Below, one piece after another: positions 1 to 11,941 of a stretch of 49,329 nt of DNA. The position numbers and the translations under genes are program-made. Positions within the stretch are counted from its first letter, which is position 1, and each line of letters starts with the position of its first letter. The notes beneath the pieces are model-generated. The model did not search any database. It had not been told where the DNA came from and saw nothing but the letters and a program-made list of their open reading frames with translations. Source of the DNA: Octopus bimaculoides (taxonomy: Eukaryota); assembly GCF_001194135.2 (NCBI RefSeq), contig NC_068985.1:10845092-10894420 (forward strand), written 5' to 3'.

Positions 1-628
1 GGACGAGTCTTCCTTTACTTTACTTCCGACCACCGGCCGAGTATACACGTGGAGACAGCCAAAAGAAGTATTTGACCCAGACTGCGTTCTTCTAACTATT
101 AAACATGGAGGGATATCTGTGATGATCTGGGGTGGGGGTTGTATCTTGGAAATCTGCCGGCCCAATGATTTCCCTTCATGGCAGAATTAATAGTCAAGAC
201 TATTTAAGCATTTTATCGCTTCAAATTCATCCTATGTTTGCGGAACTGTTTTCGGAGGGAAACGCAATCTTTCAGGATGATAATGCACCAATTCACACAG
301 CTAAAGTTGTTACTGAATGACACAAGGCACATTCTAGTGACGTTGAACACCTTTTCTGGTCACCAGAGTCCCGAGATTTCAATATTATCGAACATTTATG
401 GTGAATTTTAGAAAAACAAGTGAGGAGCCGATATCCTCCACCATCATCACTACAAGAACTGGAAACATTTTAGCTGAAGAAAGGACAAAATTTCCTTTAG
501 AAACAATTCAAACTCTGTACGAGTCCATACCTCATAGAATTCAAGCTGTAATTACTGCAAAGACTCCATATTAAAATTAATTTGTTTGAAATTTTGAGGT
601 GTTTCCATTATTTTGTCCAACCCCTGTA
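1..628 (+). mobile_element. Tc1-superfamily DNA transposon, 3' half; dead transposase with D..D(36)E spacing, right TIR and TA
   Basis: Frame from nt 2 reads DESSFTLLPTTGRVYTWRQPKEVFDPDCVLLTIKHGGISVMIWG. After a frameshift it reads FQDDNAPIHTAKVVTE*HKAHSSDVEHLFWSPESRDFNIIEHLW*. The end is GTGTTTCCATTATTTTGTCCAACCCCTG|TA (reverse complement CAGGGGTTGGACAAAATAATGGAAACAC), a typical Tc1 TIR. Confidence 0.93.
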
Positions 629-670
629 TACACACACGCACACATATATACATGCATATATGTATGTGTG

Positions 671-750
<80 letters not shown>
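629..750. repeat. Compound (CA)/(TA)/(TG)n microsatellite abutting the Tc1 TA end
   Basis: Direct reading of the sequence. Confidence 0.95.
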
Positions 751-751
<1 letters not shown>

Positions 752-2309
752 TCGCTTTGCCTCTCACAAAATTGTAAAATGTAGATTTGGATTATTATAG
801 CAAATGGAATCCAAACTGTGCAAGTTCTAAATAAAATGGCTTCCATCTAGTGATGAATTTGCTGAATAGCCGTAGAGTGCCAATAAAATATATTGTTTTT
901 GCTTACGGTATTAGTTAAATCAATTAGAGTTTTACAAGCTTCCCATAGTAAGTGATAGCGATACTAAAGTGATACAACTGTGCTCAAAATAAGAAATAAT
1001 CTTTATGTGAACACGGCTTTTTAGATATAGCAGTCACATTTCACTTAAAACTTATGCTAATACTTAAAGAGAGCCAAAAACACGAAAGGTTATAATCGTA
1101 AATGCACAAGACCAGAATATACAATCAACAGCCGCTCCGATCAGGGTTAAATATTAACCATTTAATAGCGGTCTCATTCTTCGAACTTGGCACAAAGTAA
1201 ATAATGGATATTGTGAACCCATTGTTCAGGAACGATTGGGGAACCTCTATGGTCATGCGAACTCAGTACGCTTCAACTCAGAAGTGGGAACTTCCCTTTC
1301 TGATCAATTTTTACTGTTGTTAATGATAGCTAATTGGCATATGTCATAAATAACCTCATCAGTCGTAACGCATGAGGTTTCATGCATGAGATATTGTATC
1401 AATTAATATTTTGAGTAATTCGATTTTCTTGTTATTTTTGTTTTGTGAAAACATTAACGAAGGTGACGCATTCAGCGTCTCACGAGAGATATAAGCAATC
1501 AAGAAACAGACATATTTATGATTACCACGTGACCAATAACACGGATCGATTTTATTTCTGTAGAAATTTTTTAATCTCTTTTTTTTCTGGTTGTCATACG
1601 GAATGCTTAACCTACACTGGGGAGCAATAAATTTAACAAGTTTCTGTTATTTTAAATTGCAATGGAATTACATTCTCTTTCGACTTTGAAGCAGGCATAA
1701 GATTTATTGGAAAGTAGGGAGAGATAGCTATGATATTAATTTTCTTATCAAGTTCACTCTCAATATAATGGATTGAGTTGTTTTCAAATAAGAATCTTTC
1801 ACAACTGCAACTACATTAACTACTTTTTTACAAGTAATTCGAGTCCCTTCACACAAAAGAATTATATTTCCAAAATTTTTCTTCGTTTCATATGCATACG
1901 TTTTTTAAGACGTGCAAATCTATGGGGATGATATTTAAATAAGAACTATTATACGAAGGATAATAGTTTTATCAATTGTTGTTTTATTTATGCTGTGAGG
2001 TCCTATTTAGGGGCATGAAATGCATTTTGATATTCGAGGCATCAATGAATATACATCTTTTTACCAATACTTTGGTCGACATTATTCAATATCTTCTTCG
2101 TTTTCTGTGAAGTTAAATCACATTCCAAAGATATTTAATTGACCAAACTTTTCAAGTGACTGCTTGAAAGTTCAAACTTTGGTTTGTTATATTATAAATA
2201 AAAAAGAAAATTGCTTTTTATTGGTCAAACATTATTGAACCATGCATCCAGACAAAGGCAATATACATCCAACAAAAGGCCCAAGATATGCTGTAGGCAG
2301 TCACTTCTC

Positions 2310-2445
2310 GTTTCTTTCTTTGTTCCTTTCTGTTGAAGAGCGTAGACTCTAAACGTTAAAGACTTTCTCTATTCCCGAGCGTTATACTAATACATCCATT
2401 TGTTGTTTACACCACCTGTCTTCCTCTGTTGTTTTTTCGTGAATT
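2310..2445 (+). mobile_element. Penelope-type terminal repeat fragment with damaged HHR-like motif (CTGTTGA family), copy 1
   Basis: CCTTTCTGTTGAAGAGCGTAGACTCTAAACGTTAAAGACTTTCTC matches the copies at 9520 (+) and 31880-32025 (-). Confidence 0.6.
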
Positions 2446-3844
2446 CTCCCATATATATATGCATGTGTGCGTATGTATCTGCTTCTTGTAAACTAACCCC
2501 ACTGCTTAACGACCCATGTTGGTCTGTTTCTATCTCTATAATTTAACAGTTCGGCCAAGGAGACCAATAAACCAATAAGTACTAAGCTTATGAAACTAAG
2601 TAGTTGATTTGATTCGATCGACTGAACACTTCAAAGTGGTATCCCGGCAATGCTACAGTCTCATAACAAAAACAAGTGAAAAAGTTAATACACACACATA
2701 CAAACATATACATATATATTTATATAACATAAACCAACACCATGAATGCAGTTGAGGATATCAGTGAAACAACACATTGGACGCATGCGCATCAATGCTG
2801 ATCATTAAAATATAAAGCATGTTTTGCAGCAGTGAAAAACGATTCAGACATTTACCATTCATTTTAACAAATATTCTAATATTCAGTATCAATATTTACA
2901 TTGGCGTAGGATCCAAAAGATAGAAATCATTGACTTGTCAATAACGATATTAATAGCTTTGTGATTACCGGAAATGGATCCTAGACAGCGTCGAATCAAT
3001 ATTAGGATATGAATTATGGAGAAACATCTAAACATTTCAAATCATTGAAATGTCAATAATAGTTACAAGTAAAAATATTCTGAAAGGAGCGACAGTTAAC
3101 AGTTGCATTGTAATACAGAATTTTTGAGTTTTCCTTAATGCTATATTTGAATTAACATGCGTCCGAATTAAGGTTTCTAAAGAGGATCCTGCATATCTTT
3201 TCAAATGTAAGATCATCTGAATATTTACATATTTATGCTTCTTTCCTTTTTTGTTAAGTTGGCGCCTCAAAAATACATTTTCAGATGCAAGTTATGATTA
3301 TATTTTAAAAATGAAGCAATCAGTAAATATCAGAAATACTCGCGTTCTGTTATTAAAATAATTCATATTGAATAAGCAGACAAAAGGCCAATATGTTGCT
3401 CATTTTCTTTATATTTAGAGATATTTTGAATTGAATCAACGGCTGTGTATTACAGACACTACGCATACGGATGCAGAAATTTTACAAATCAATGCACTCC
3501 CTGGTTGGTAAACTATCGTAAAAAAAACTCATATTACGTCGATAAAGCTAACCATTGGCTATGATTTAATCAGGTGGGAAGGAACTTCATTCATGATACT
3601 TTGCAAGTCTTCTAAGAACGTTAGGGAAGATAAAGAAGAAGGATCTTCTGAAAATTGATAATCTGACCTGAGATTTTGTTCGAATGTTTCATATTAAAGG
3701 GACCCACTAAAGTAATTCAACAACGCGGGTTGATGAACCGTAAGACGCGTGGCCAAAACCTCCTGGAAAATAACCATAGCGAGGGACATTCCACAGTTGA
3801 ATTAGAACAGTCACAAACAGTGAAAGAAGACATGCACCCAACAC

Positions 3845-4000
3845 CAGAGCTGAAGACACCTCCGAAAGGGGGTGGCCCCGCCACGTCAAAACGGTAGAGG
3901 AGTAGGGGCCGAAACCGGACGTGGTTCCTCCTGATGATGTCTTGAGCTAACTGGATCCTATAAAGGAGTTGTTGTGGTAGCAGACCACGAAACATGGTTG
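3845..4000 (+). ncRNA. Candidate tandem hammerhead-like structured RNA (two CUGANGA...GAAAC cores, each with an inserted hairpin)
   Basis: CTGAAGA at 3850 and GAAAC at 3911; CTGATGA at 3931 and GAAAC at 3989. A G-C-closed stem lies directly before each GAAAC. Confidence 0.4.
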
Positions 4001-4686
4001 AAATTCCTCAGGCCCATATTGGGTTGTTGAAGGTGGTGATAGATTAAACTTAGAATTCATGCGTATCAGACGTCAACATGAAGGGATTCCACACTCTCCG
4101 TTGTCCCACAATCACGCATACACTTCATCGATCGACCCATGGGTACATTAGAAGGCATTTGCTTCAGGTGTCACTCAGTAGGATCAAATTATGTTTCGCA
4201 TGTTAGCAAAAGAAATTTCTCAGTCAAACAGCGTGAAGCACAACTCAAATAACTGGAAACTGCGACTGCGACTATGTCTGAGCAGCAATCACATATACAT
4301 CTTCACAGTTGCAGAACAAATACTTCTATAAGAGATTGCATACCGTCATGATTTTAGAAAGACAAGGGGACAAGGTAAAAACTTCCAAATAACACTACTC
4401 TCTTGTTTCTTTTGTATGATGGTGGGGGGACAAATATCTCCACATCTAAATATGTAATAAATTTAAGGGGTTTACTTTATGTTTTACATAAAGGGAAAAT
4501 GAATTATATATATTAACATGAGAACTGTTATTTCCAATGTATTTTCTAACTAAATTCTATATTTTAAGGAAATATGGGGAAACGAGAACTCTGATCCTCC
4601 TTCGATTTACTGGAGTAAATAGAAATATGTTAGCTATTAGCGGCCGAAGCACTCTTTATAACGAATATTGATCATCATATGCTTTA

Positions 4687-5088
4687 GGCGTAGGAGTGGA
4701 TGTGTGGTAAGTAGCTTGCTTACCAACCACATGCTTCCGGGTTCAGTCCCACTGCGTGGCACCTTGGGCAAGTGTCTTCTGTAGACTCGGGCCCACTAAA
4801 GCCTTGTGAGTGGATTTGGTAGACGGAAACTGAAATAAGCCCGTCGTATATATGTATATATGTATGTGTGTGGATATGTTTGTGTGTCTGTGTTTGTCCC
4901 CCACAATCGCTTGATAACCGATGCTGGTGTGTTTACGTCCCCGTGACTTAGCCTTTCGGCACAAGAGACCGATAGAATAAGTACTAGGCTTACTAAGAAT
5001 AAATTCTCAGTTCGATTTGCTCCACTAAAACGGTGCTCCTGCATGGCCGCAGTCAAATGACTGAAACAAGTAAAAGAGTAAAAGAGTA
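4687..5088 (+). mobile_element. tRNA-derived SINE family A, full length
   Basis: Head GGCGTAGGAGTGG..GGTTCAGTCCC (A/B-box-like), internal TA/TG tract, tail GGTGCTCC..CATGGCCGCAGTCAAATGACTGAAAC followed by (TAAAAGAG)n. Six or more copies in the window. Confidence 0.92.
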
Positions 5089-5871
5089 ATCAGGAAGTGT
5101 TGTTTGTAACGCCTTAGACTGCGGTAAATGACCTCGTGTTGATGACAAATGCGAAAAAGCACAGATTATATCGTTTGACAATATTCTATCAGCAATGGCA
5201 GAGGCCATGTTGTATCACGTGATTTCACCGTATTTCGGATCATCATTCACAGACAGTCATACACGGAATACTAAACAAACAACCTGGTTACGCTAGATGT
5301 GATAAGTAAAGAGAAAAATATTCATCTACCTGGCTTGTAGAGAGCACTGTTACATTTTTTTTTCAAACATTATGTCATTAACATATGCATAGTTCATTAA
5401 TTATTCATGAATCTTTTAAAAATAAATTGATATAACATTCAGATTATTCTCCATACATTTACAAATGTTAATACAATTAATAATAATAAAAAAAAAAACA
5501 AGAATAAAATGATCTCTAAATATATCTTGATCTCCATCTATCGAGACGTTCCTATTGCTCTGCAATATTCCTGCAGTATCTGAACGAGTATTAAACATCT
5601 ACATTTTTCATTCTATTACCAAATCTCAGAACTTACGTTTATGCAATATACAGAATATTATCATAAAACGGCCTCCCGATTAAATGTAACTTATTGATTG
5701 AATGTAATATATTCATTAAATTGCGATTTTGCTACTACAATATTCCCTAACCGCTCCGGTTGATGAGCAAACGGTAACAATAATCATGTTATTTTAATTT
5801 ATGACATTAATAACGAAAAGGAAATATTCGTTAAAATATAATGTTTGATTATATCATTAAATAATACAGAT

Positions 5872-6303
5872 GCCAATGAGGCTGGTAGAATCGCTGGCAT
5901 GCTGGGTAAGATGCTTAGCGGCATTTCGTCCGTGTTCACGTTGTAAGTTCAAGTTCGGCTTTGCCTTTACACTTTCAGGGTCGATAAAATTAAGCAACAT
6001 TCATTTCAGCACATCATTTCGATGTAATTGCCTTACCTACTCCTCCGAAATTGCTGCCACGGGGTTACAATTTGAAATAAATATTATAGATGCTGGCGAT
6101 CTGGCATTAGCACGCCGGGAAAAATGCTTAACAGCAATTCGCTCGGCTTTACGTTCTCAGATCAAATACCTCCGAGGTCAACTCTGCCTTTTATATTTTC
6201 GGAGTGTATGAAATAAGAACCAGTCGAGCACTGGGGTTGATGTAATCGACTTGCCCCTCTCTGAAAATCTCAGGCCTTGTGCCTATAATCGAAAGGAATA
6301 TTA
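5872..6303 (+). mobile_element. Two tandem, diverged copies of SINE family B
   Basis: GCTGG(T/C)AGAATCG..AGTTCAA head and CTTTGCCTTT..GGGTCGATAAAAT..CTGGGGTTGATGTAATCGACT core. The second copy starts at about 6090. Confidence 0.8.
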
Positions 6304-6724
6304 CAAACTTCTACGGTGAAGTAACGATTACAAGCACACTTCCGATAACCTACGCCACACTACCTCCTTATATGCAAATTACTTCACGCACACATACACC
6401 ATTCCATATCGTATCCGCTACCAAACACACATCTACTCCTATACTAGCATATCCACATCCGCTCCTTCAGCCTATCTTGTATAAATACACACACATACAC
6501 ACACATGAAATAATTGTATTTTGAAACTTGTGGATAAAGCTTAAGTAATAAACAGTTTGGGTAGGAAAAGTAATCGATCTTCCACTTACTTATCCTCAGA
6601 TAGCACCCAATATTTATTCTCTGATATTTATAGCTTTAGTTGCTTCGAGAACTACTGTTCACAAAAAAAAAGTATTTCACGTTCAAAAATTGTTATAATA
6701 TACATACATATGCACAAAGATGCA

Positions 6725-6824
<100 letters not shown>

Positions 6825-6878
6825 AGCTCTTCCGACGTAATCAATTCCTTACTGCAGTTTTAAACATCACATATATCC

Positions 6879-7233
6879 CTAAGACTCTACTCCCTGGAGA
6901 GAAGGCGGGAGAGGTATGCAGTAATATACATCTGGAAGATCCTGGAAGGAATTGTGCCAAACAGTTTGGGTTTCAGGGGCCCACAGCTTTTTAATATTCT
7001 CCCAAAGAGCCTGAGGAACCTGCACACAGTTGATGTAGGGGTTTTTTAATCAAAGCTGGACCTCTTCCTGTCGAAAGTCCCAGATGAACCTACCTCGCGG
7101 CAGGAGGTGCAAATGAGGGTTGCTAAATCAAACTCCATTCTTCACCAAGTGCCACATATTGTAAGAGGCACCCTGTAATAACAGTGTAGCAACACGGCGG
7201 TGCATCAGCATGGCCGCAGCTCTAAGCTGAAAC
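6879..7233 (+). mobile_element. CR1/L2-group LINE 3' end (post-RT C-terminus and 3' UTR) with an internal deletion
   Basis: Reads LRLYSLERRRERYAVIYIWKILEGIVPN|SLGFRGPQLFNILPKSLRNLHTVDVGVF, then after a frameshift KSKLDLFLSKVPDEPTSRQEVQMRVAKSNSILHQ. Tail GGCGGTGCATCAGCATGGCCGCAG..GCTGAAAC. Confidence 0.88.
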
Positions 7234-7236
<3 letters not shown>

Positions 7237-7289
<53 letters not shown>

Positions 7290-7322
7290 CACAGACAGAC
7301 AGATAGATAGATAGATAAATAA

Positions 7323-7382
<60 letters not shown>

Positions 7383-7470
7383 GTAAATAGATAGATAGAT
7401 AATAGGTAGCTACGTAATAGATAGAAAGATAGATTGATAGGTAGACAGATAGATCGATAGATAGATATTA
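7237..7470. repeat. (TA)n + (GATA)n compound microsatellite at the LINE 3' end
   Basis: Direct reading. Confidence 0.95.
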
Positions 7471-8827
7471 AATAAAGGAGATGATCTAGGTGTGTACACA
7501 CCATTTGTCAACATGCGAAATATATTTTCGGTGACAAATCGCGGTGAGTAGCTTGTTCCCCAATTCGAACGTGCATCAAGCTTATTCGGACTGATAAATT
7601 ACATTGCAATTTCACTTATCACTACTTAGCGCTCCCCACTCCGTAAACACAAAAACATACCGCTGTTTATCCGATATCTAATTTCTTTGATACAGGACCA
7701 TACTTGTACTTGAAAATACACAGGGGTACACTCCTCCAATCTTCAAAACACTGACTCACACTCAGGCGCTGGCATTTTTATATAAACGTCTCCAATCAAC
7801 ACTTATACATGCATAAACATAGACTCCCCGATATGCGTAGAGAAGCTCACCCACTCACACGCAATCATACATGCATTCCCAAGTGCACGCACATTCTTCC
7901 TCGCCTCGCCACTCCTGCTTTTCGACGATAGCTGCGTATCATACCTTTTCCTCGCTCATTCCTTTCTTGCTTTGACTTTACCGCCAATAAGTTCTTAGGT
8001 TGCTAACACCTCTCCTTTCGCCTGCTGAATCTCGCCCTTTCTTCATTCTACTTTCAAAAGAAATAAATTCCATCGGTACCATCCAACTTTTTCTCAAAAA
8101 CGTGTGAAAAAGTGATTTTCTCAGTTGTATCTCTAGTGAAACATATTCAACATAAACATTTCTCCACCAAAGAATTTACTCTCAAAGCCATGTTCTTTCT
8201 CCAGATTTTACCGATTCATTATCATTCTGTGAATATTCCATCAAAGTTTCCAAATTTTCTACCAGCTTTTTGTTTAATTTTTACCCGTTTTGACTTCTGT
8301 TTCCTTAGAAAAAAGGTATACGTTTTCCTTTTTATTTCTCTTTCTTCTTGTAGCAAAAGAAGCTATCCCTTACTCACCCATACTTAGTTTTGTCACACGC
8401 TTGCACACACACCTACCGCATTGTCTAGATCACTCTGTCCACCAATAGCATTTTCTCATTACATTCGGTGCCCTTTCTTACTTCCTGTGTATGTTTTTTT
8501 ACCACCCAGTTAACAATTATAAACACACATCCACTACCCTACTTCCTTACGCGCAAACACACATCGTATCCGCTACAAAACACACACCTACTCCTATTCT
8601 AGCATATCCACACCCGCTCCTTCCTTTTAACTGTTCACATGGAACAGTTCTGCCACCTGGTTTCTATTGATTCAGCCATTTTCATTCACTATTTCTCTTT
8701 TTCATACTTTTAGAATTCTCTCTGTATTGTGATAAACGACTAACCTCCGAAACGTTACTTACCCTTTTCTTCCAATAATGTGTTCAGCTGATGCATTATT
8801 TGCTAAACGTTATTGCTTTCTTGCCTT

Positions 8828-9200
8828 TAAGAGGTGATATCAAAAAGGTCTGCAACTAGTTCTATAACGCACCAACAGATGACAGCACACGGTTGCGTGC
8901 GCAATGAACTTCATGAGGCAGTGTGCCAAGTGACATCACTTAGTTGTGACATTTGTGTTTGTGTGATCATATATATTTTGAAGTCTGCGATTTTTGTCAT
9001 GGACAAAGAGCCAGCGACAAACTTTTCCGCTAAACTTGGGAAGTCTGCTACAGAGACATTGAGCATATTTCGGCAAGAATACGGTGACGAGCAATGGGTC
9101 CTACACTATGTTTCAAGTGACACGGGCGCTTCAAAAGCGGAAGAACGTCCTTGGAAGACGATGGGTGATCTGGAAAACCTGCCACGTGCATTATTCCTGG
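8828..9200 (+). mobile_element. Mariner element, 5' fragment (left TIR and N-terminal HTH coding region)
   Basis: Starts TA|AGAGGTGATATCAAAAAG. Reads MDKEPATNFSAKLGKSATETLSIFRQEYGDE, then frameshifted ..CFK*HGRFKSGRTSLEDDG*SGKPAT, matching the mariner ..KLGKSATET..RFKSGRTSLEDD.RSGRP pattern. Confidence 0.88.
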
Positions 9201-9504
9201 CCTGGAAATGCGAAGAAAACTCATCAGCCTGCGCATGAGCATCTATCTATCTTACACATATATATATATCATAGGCCACCTTTGGTCATGGCTTAACAAT
9301 GGGTATCACGTCCGTCCATCTACTGTCTAGGTTGGGCCACTCGGCTTGAGCAGCGCCTCCTGTGGCTATGGAGACCAATGCGAGAATGACAGTTTCGGTT
9401 GCATAGATCACATCTGTATGTGGATTCTGGTCTGTCGATCGGTGAAGAGAAGCTGTCAGCTGCAGCTGCAGAAAAGCGAGCCGGCTAAATCCACAAGTGT
9501 TTTT

Positions 9505-9660
9505 TTTTTTTTTTTCTCGTGTTCCTTTCTGTTGAAGATCCTAGGCTGGAAACGTAAAAGACTTTCTCACCTTCCCCAGCGTCAAAGTAATACACCTGCT
9601 TGTTGTTTATACACCTGACATCGTCTTCTGTTTTTCTGTAAATTTGAACTATTTATATAG
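9505..9660 (+). mobile_element. Penelope-type terminal repeat fragment (CTGTTGA family), copy 2
   Basis: CCTTTCTGTTGAAGATCCTAGGCTGGAAACGTAAAAGACTTTCTCAC; homologous to the copies at 2310 and 31880. Confidence 0.6.
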
Positions 9661-10317
9661 ACATACATACATAAATACATACATACATACATACGTACAT
9701 ACAGACAGACAGACAGACATACTTATACTCTGAAAAACACACACACAAAGAAGCACAGACATCTTTCATATATTCGTGACTGAATATCATCTCGTTAATG
9801 GCTGCTTTACTTTCCTATTTTAAAAGAAAGGTAAAATTAATATCACCGTCCCAGGATTAATATACACTGATGTTTCAAAGCGGTTGAAGAAGAATATATG
9901 AAAAAAAAATGACTAAATAGCAAGTTTCCATAGAGATGAAACCGAATTTAACTCCAAAATATAAAATGTCAGCACTTTCTCCTTGTTAATGTCAATGGGT
10001 ATTCAATTGGGAGTTCTAGAATTTAATTCTTGAATATATTTGTATTTAGGATTGAATTTTGATCTCAGCAAACGTTGATTTTCAAGTTGCCAAATGTTTA
10101 AGAGTTCTTTTAAGAATATACAGAGCAGTGATGGGAATAGTTTACAAGGAAGAAAAAAAGGGGCAAATCTTTTCATCAAATCGTATTATTCTAGAATGGA
10201 TAGATTTCTTAGATGCCTCATAGATGGCACATTCCAGACCGCATCAATAACGGCAAAAGCTAATCCTTTTCTTAAAACTGGATTAAATATAAATTTTCGA
10301 ATTGTGTATAGATACAT

Positions 10318-10438
10318 TCTTTACATTATTTACATTTGACGGATATTTGTCCTCATCTTGTTTGTTGTAAGCACAACGTTTCGGCTGATATACCCTCCAC
10401 CATTCATCAGGTGTCTTAGGGAAATTTCGAACCTGGGT

Positions 10439-10440
<2 letters not shown>
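10318..10440 (-). mobile_element. 3' part of the HHR-bearing SINE-like element (family E)
   Basis: Reverse complement reads AACCCAGGTTCGAAATTTCCCTAAGACAC-CTGATGA-A-TGGTGGAGGGTATATCAGCC-GAAAC-GTTGTGCTTACAACAAACAAGATGAGGACAAATATCC, homologous to 47550-47660 (+). Confidence 0.8.
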
Positions 10441-10489
<49 letters not shown>

Positions 10490-10519
10490 CATACACATAA
10501 ATATGCATGTATTTACGTG

Positions 10520-10612
<93 letters not shown>
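10441..10612. repeat. (TCTA)n and (GT)n microsatellites
   Basis: Direct reading. Confidence 0.95.
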
Positions 10613-10615
<3 letters not shown>

Positions 10616-11547
10616 CGTACATGTTTGTATTTATGAGAGCGTTTGTAAGGGAATTTCACCTCAGCTGAACGAAAATTATGAGATTATAACGAGCAGGTTG
10701 AAGGAATAATAGAAAGACTAGAAACAGTTATACTCATACAGAATACAGTAGTTGATTATACGTGGTTTTGTTCTGAGTAATAAAAGTATTTTACTTTGTA
10801 AGCGCGCATAATAGCTAGATTGCTAACAATGTTAGGTAAACTACAAATTGTGAGTTAGTCATTGCGAATGTTTGGAGTTAATAGAACGTAATGGCTACCG
10901 ATCTTTTATGATCTAAACAAAGATAAAAGTATCACTTTTAGCCTAAATTTTTGTGAGCGTTTTGTTTAATACGCAGTCTGATCCAGTTACATCAGACGAA
11001 TATCATTATGAGTTTAAAAGATGCACTTAATACCGCTTGTTTAAGCCTAAAAATGTGGATGGTAATATGTTGCGTGTTTCAAACTCTTCGATAGATATTA
11101 TTCATTTCTATGATTTTCAATGTTTAGCTTCGAAGGTGGTTCTATTGAATCTAAAACACATCCACTGTGTAGTGGCATTGCGTATATATAATAGTTTAAG
11201 CCACAAAATATCAAGCCATAGCATAGATTCAAGGAGAGACAAGATATATATATACACTTAAAATATTTGATTGCAAGTATATAGTCTGTCTCACTAAATC
11301 TGGTTTTAGTTCTGTCAATGGACTAGTGGCGATAAACATCACTCTATGTATACATTATTAAACTGACTAAAACGACGGGAGTATCTACCAAGAAACTTCT
11401 TAAAACGATTCTACATCTGACGCATTCAACAACTGGAATGTAAGATAATACCTGCACTAAATCTAACCTTTGAAGTACAGGTGTGAGAAGCGTCGAAACA
11501 ATTGTATTGATTTTATATAATGAATAGGGTTAATTCCATTTTTGACT

Positions 11548-11584
<37 letters not shown>

Positions 11585-11941
11585 ACATACATACATACAT
11601 ACATGCATGCATGCATGTAATTATCGGGGCACTAGAATATGTAACACACTGCCTAAATGCCAATCATGAGCAATTAGGCTTCTGAAAACCAGAAGGGAGA
11701 AAGCTGATTCGAAGACTACAAATCTGTAAAGCTTTCCCAAAATGTATCATTTAAATATGTGTATGTGTATATATATATATATATGAGCATGTCTAGACAT
11801 GCAACTATATGCTTGGGAATACATACACACATACATGCATGAGAACACATACACACATTCGCTTTCTATTTTAGCAAGAAATCTTGAAATAAAACTGAGT
11901 AATCACACACACGCACACACTATTCTTTTATACATCTCCTA

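Noticed and set aside
3730-3759. TTGATGA...GGCC-AAAAC as a third hammerhead core
   Set aside because: Both core halves are mutated and the segment folds better as a plain ACGCG/CGCGT hairpin.
3676-3995. Overlapping ORFs of 60-92 aa as a host exon
   Set aside because: No recognisable domain or convincing splice sites; the GC content is better explained by structured repeat sequence.
8050-8330. Possible L1/Tx1 ORF2 C-terminal zinc-finger remnant on the minus strand (KCLC*ICFTRDTTEK)
   Set aside because: Too decayed; the His and last Cys are missing, so it cannot be supported by eye.
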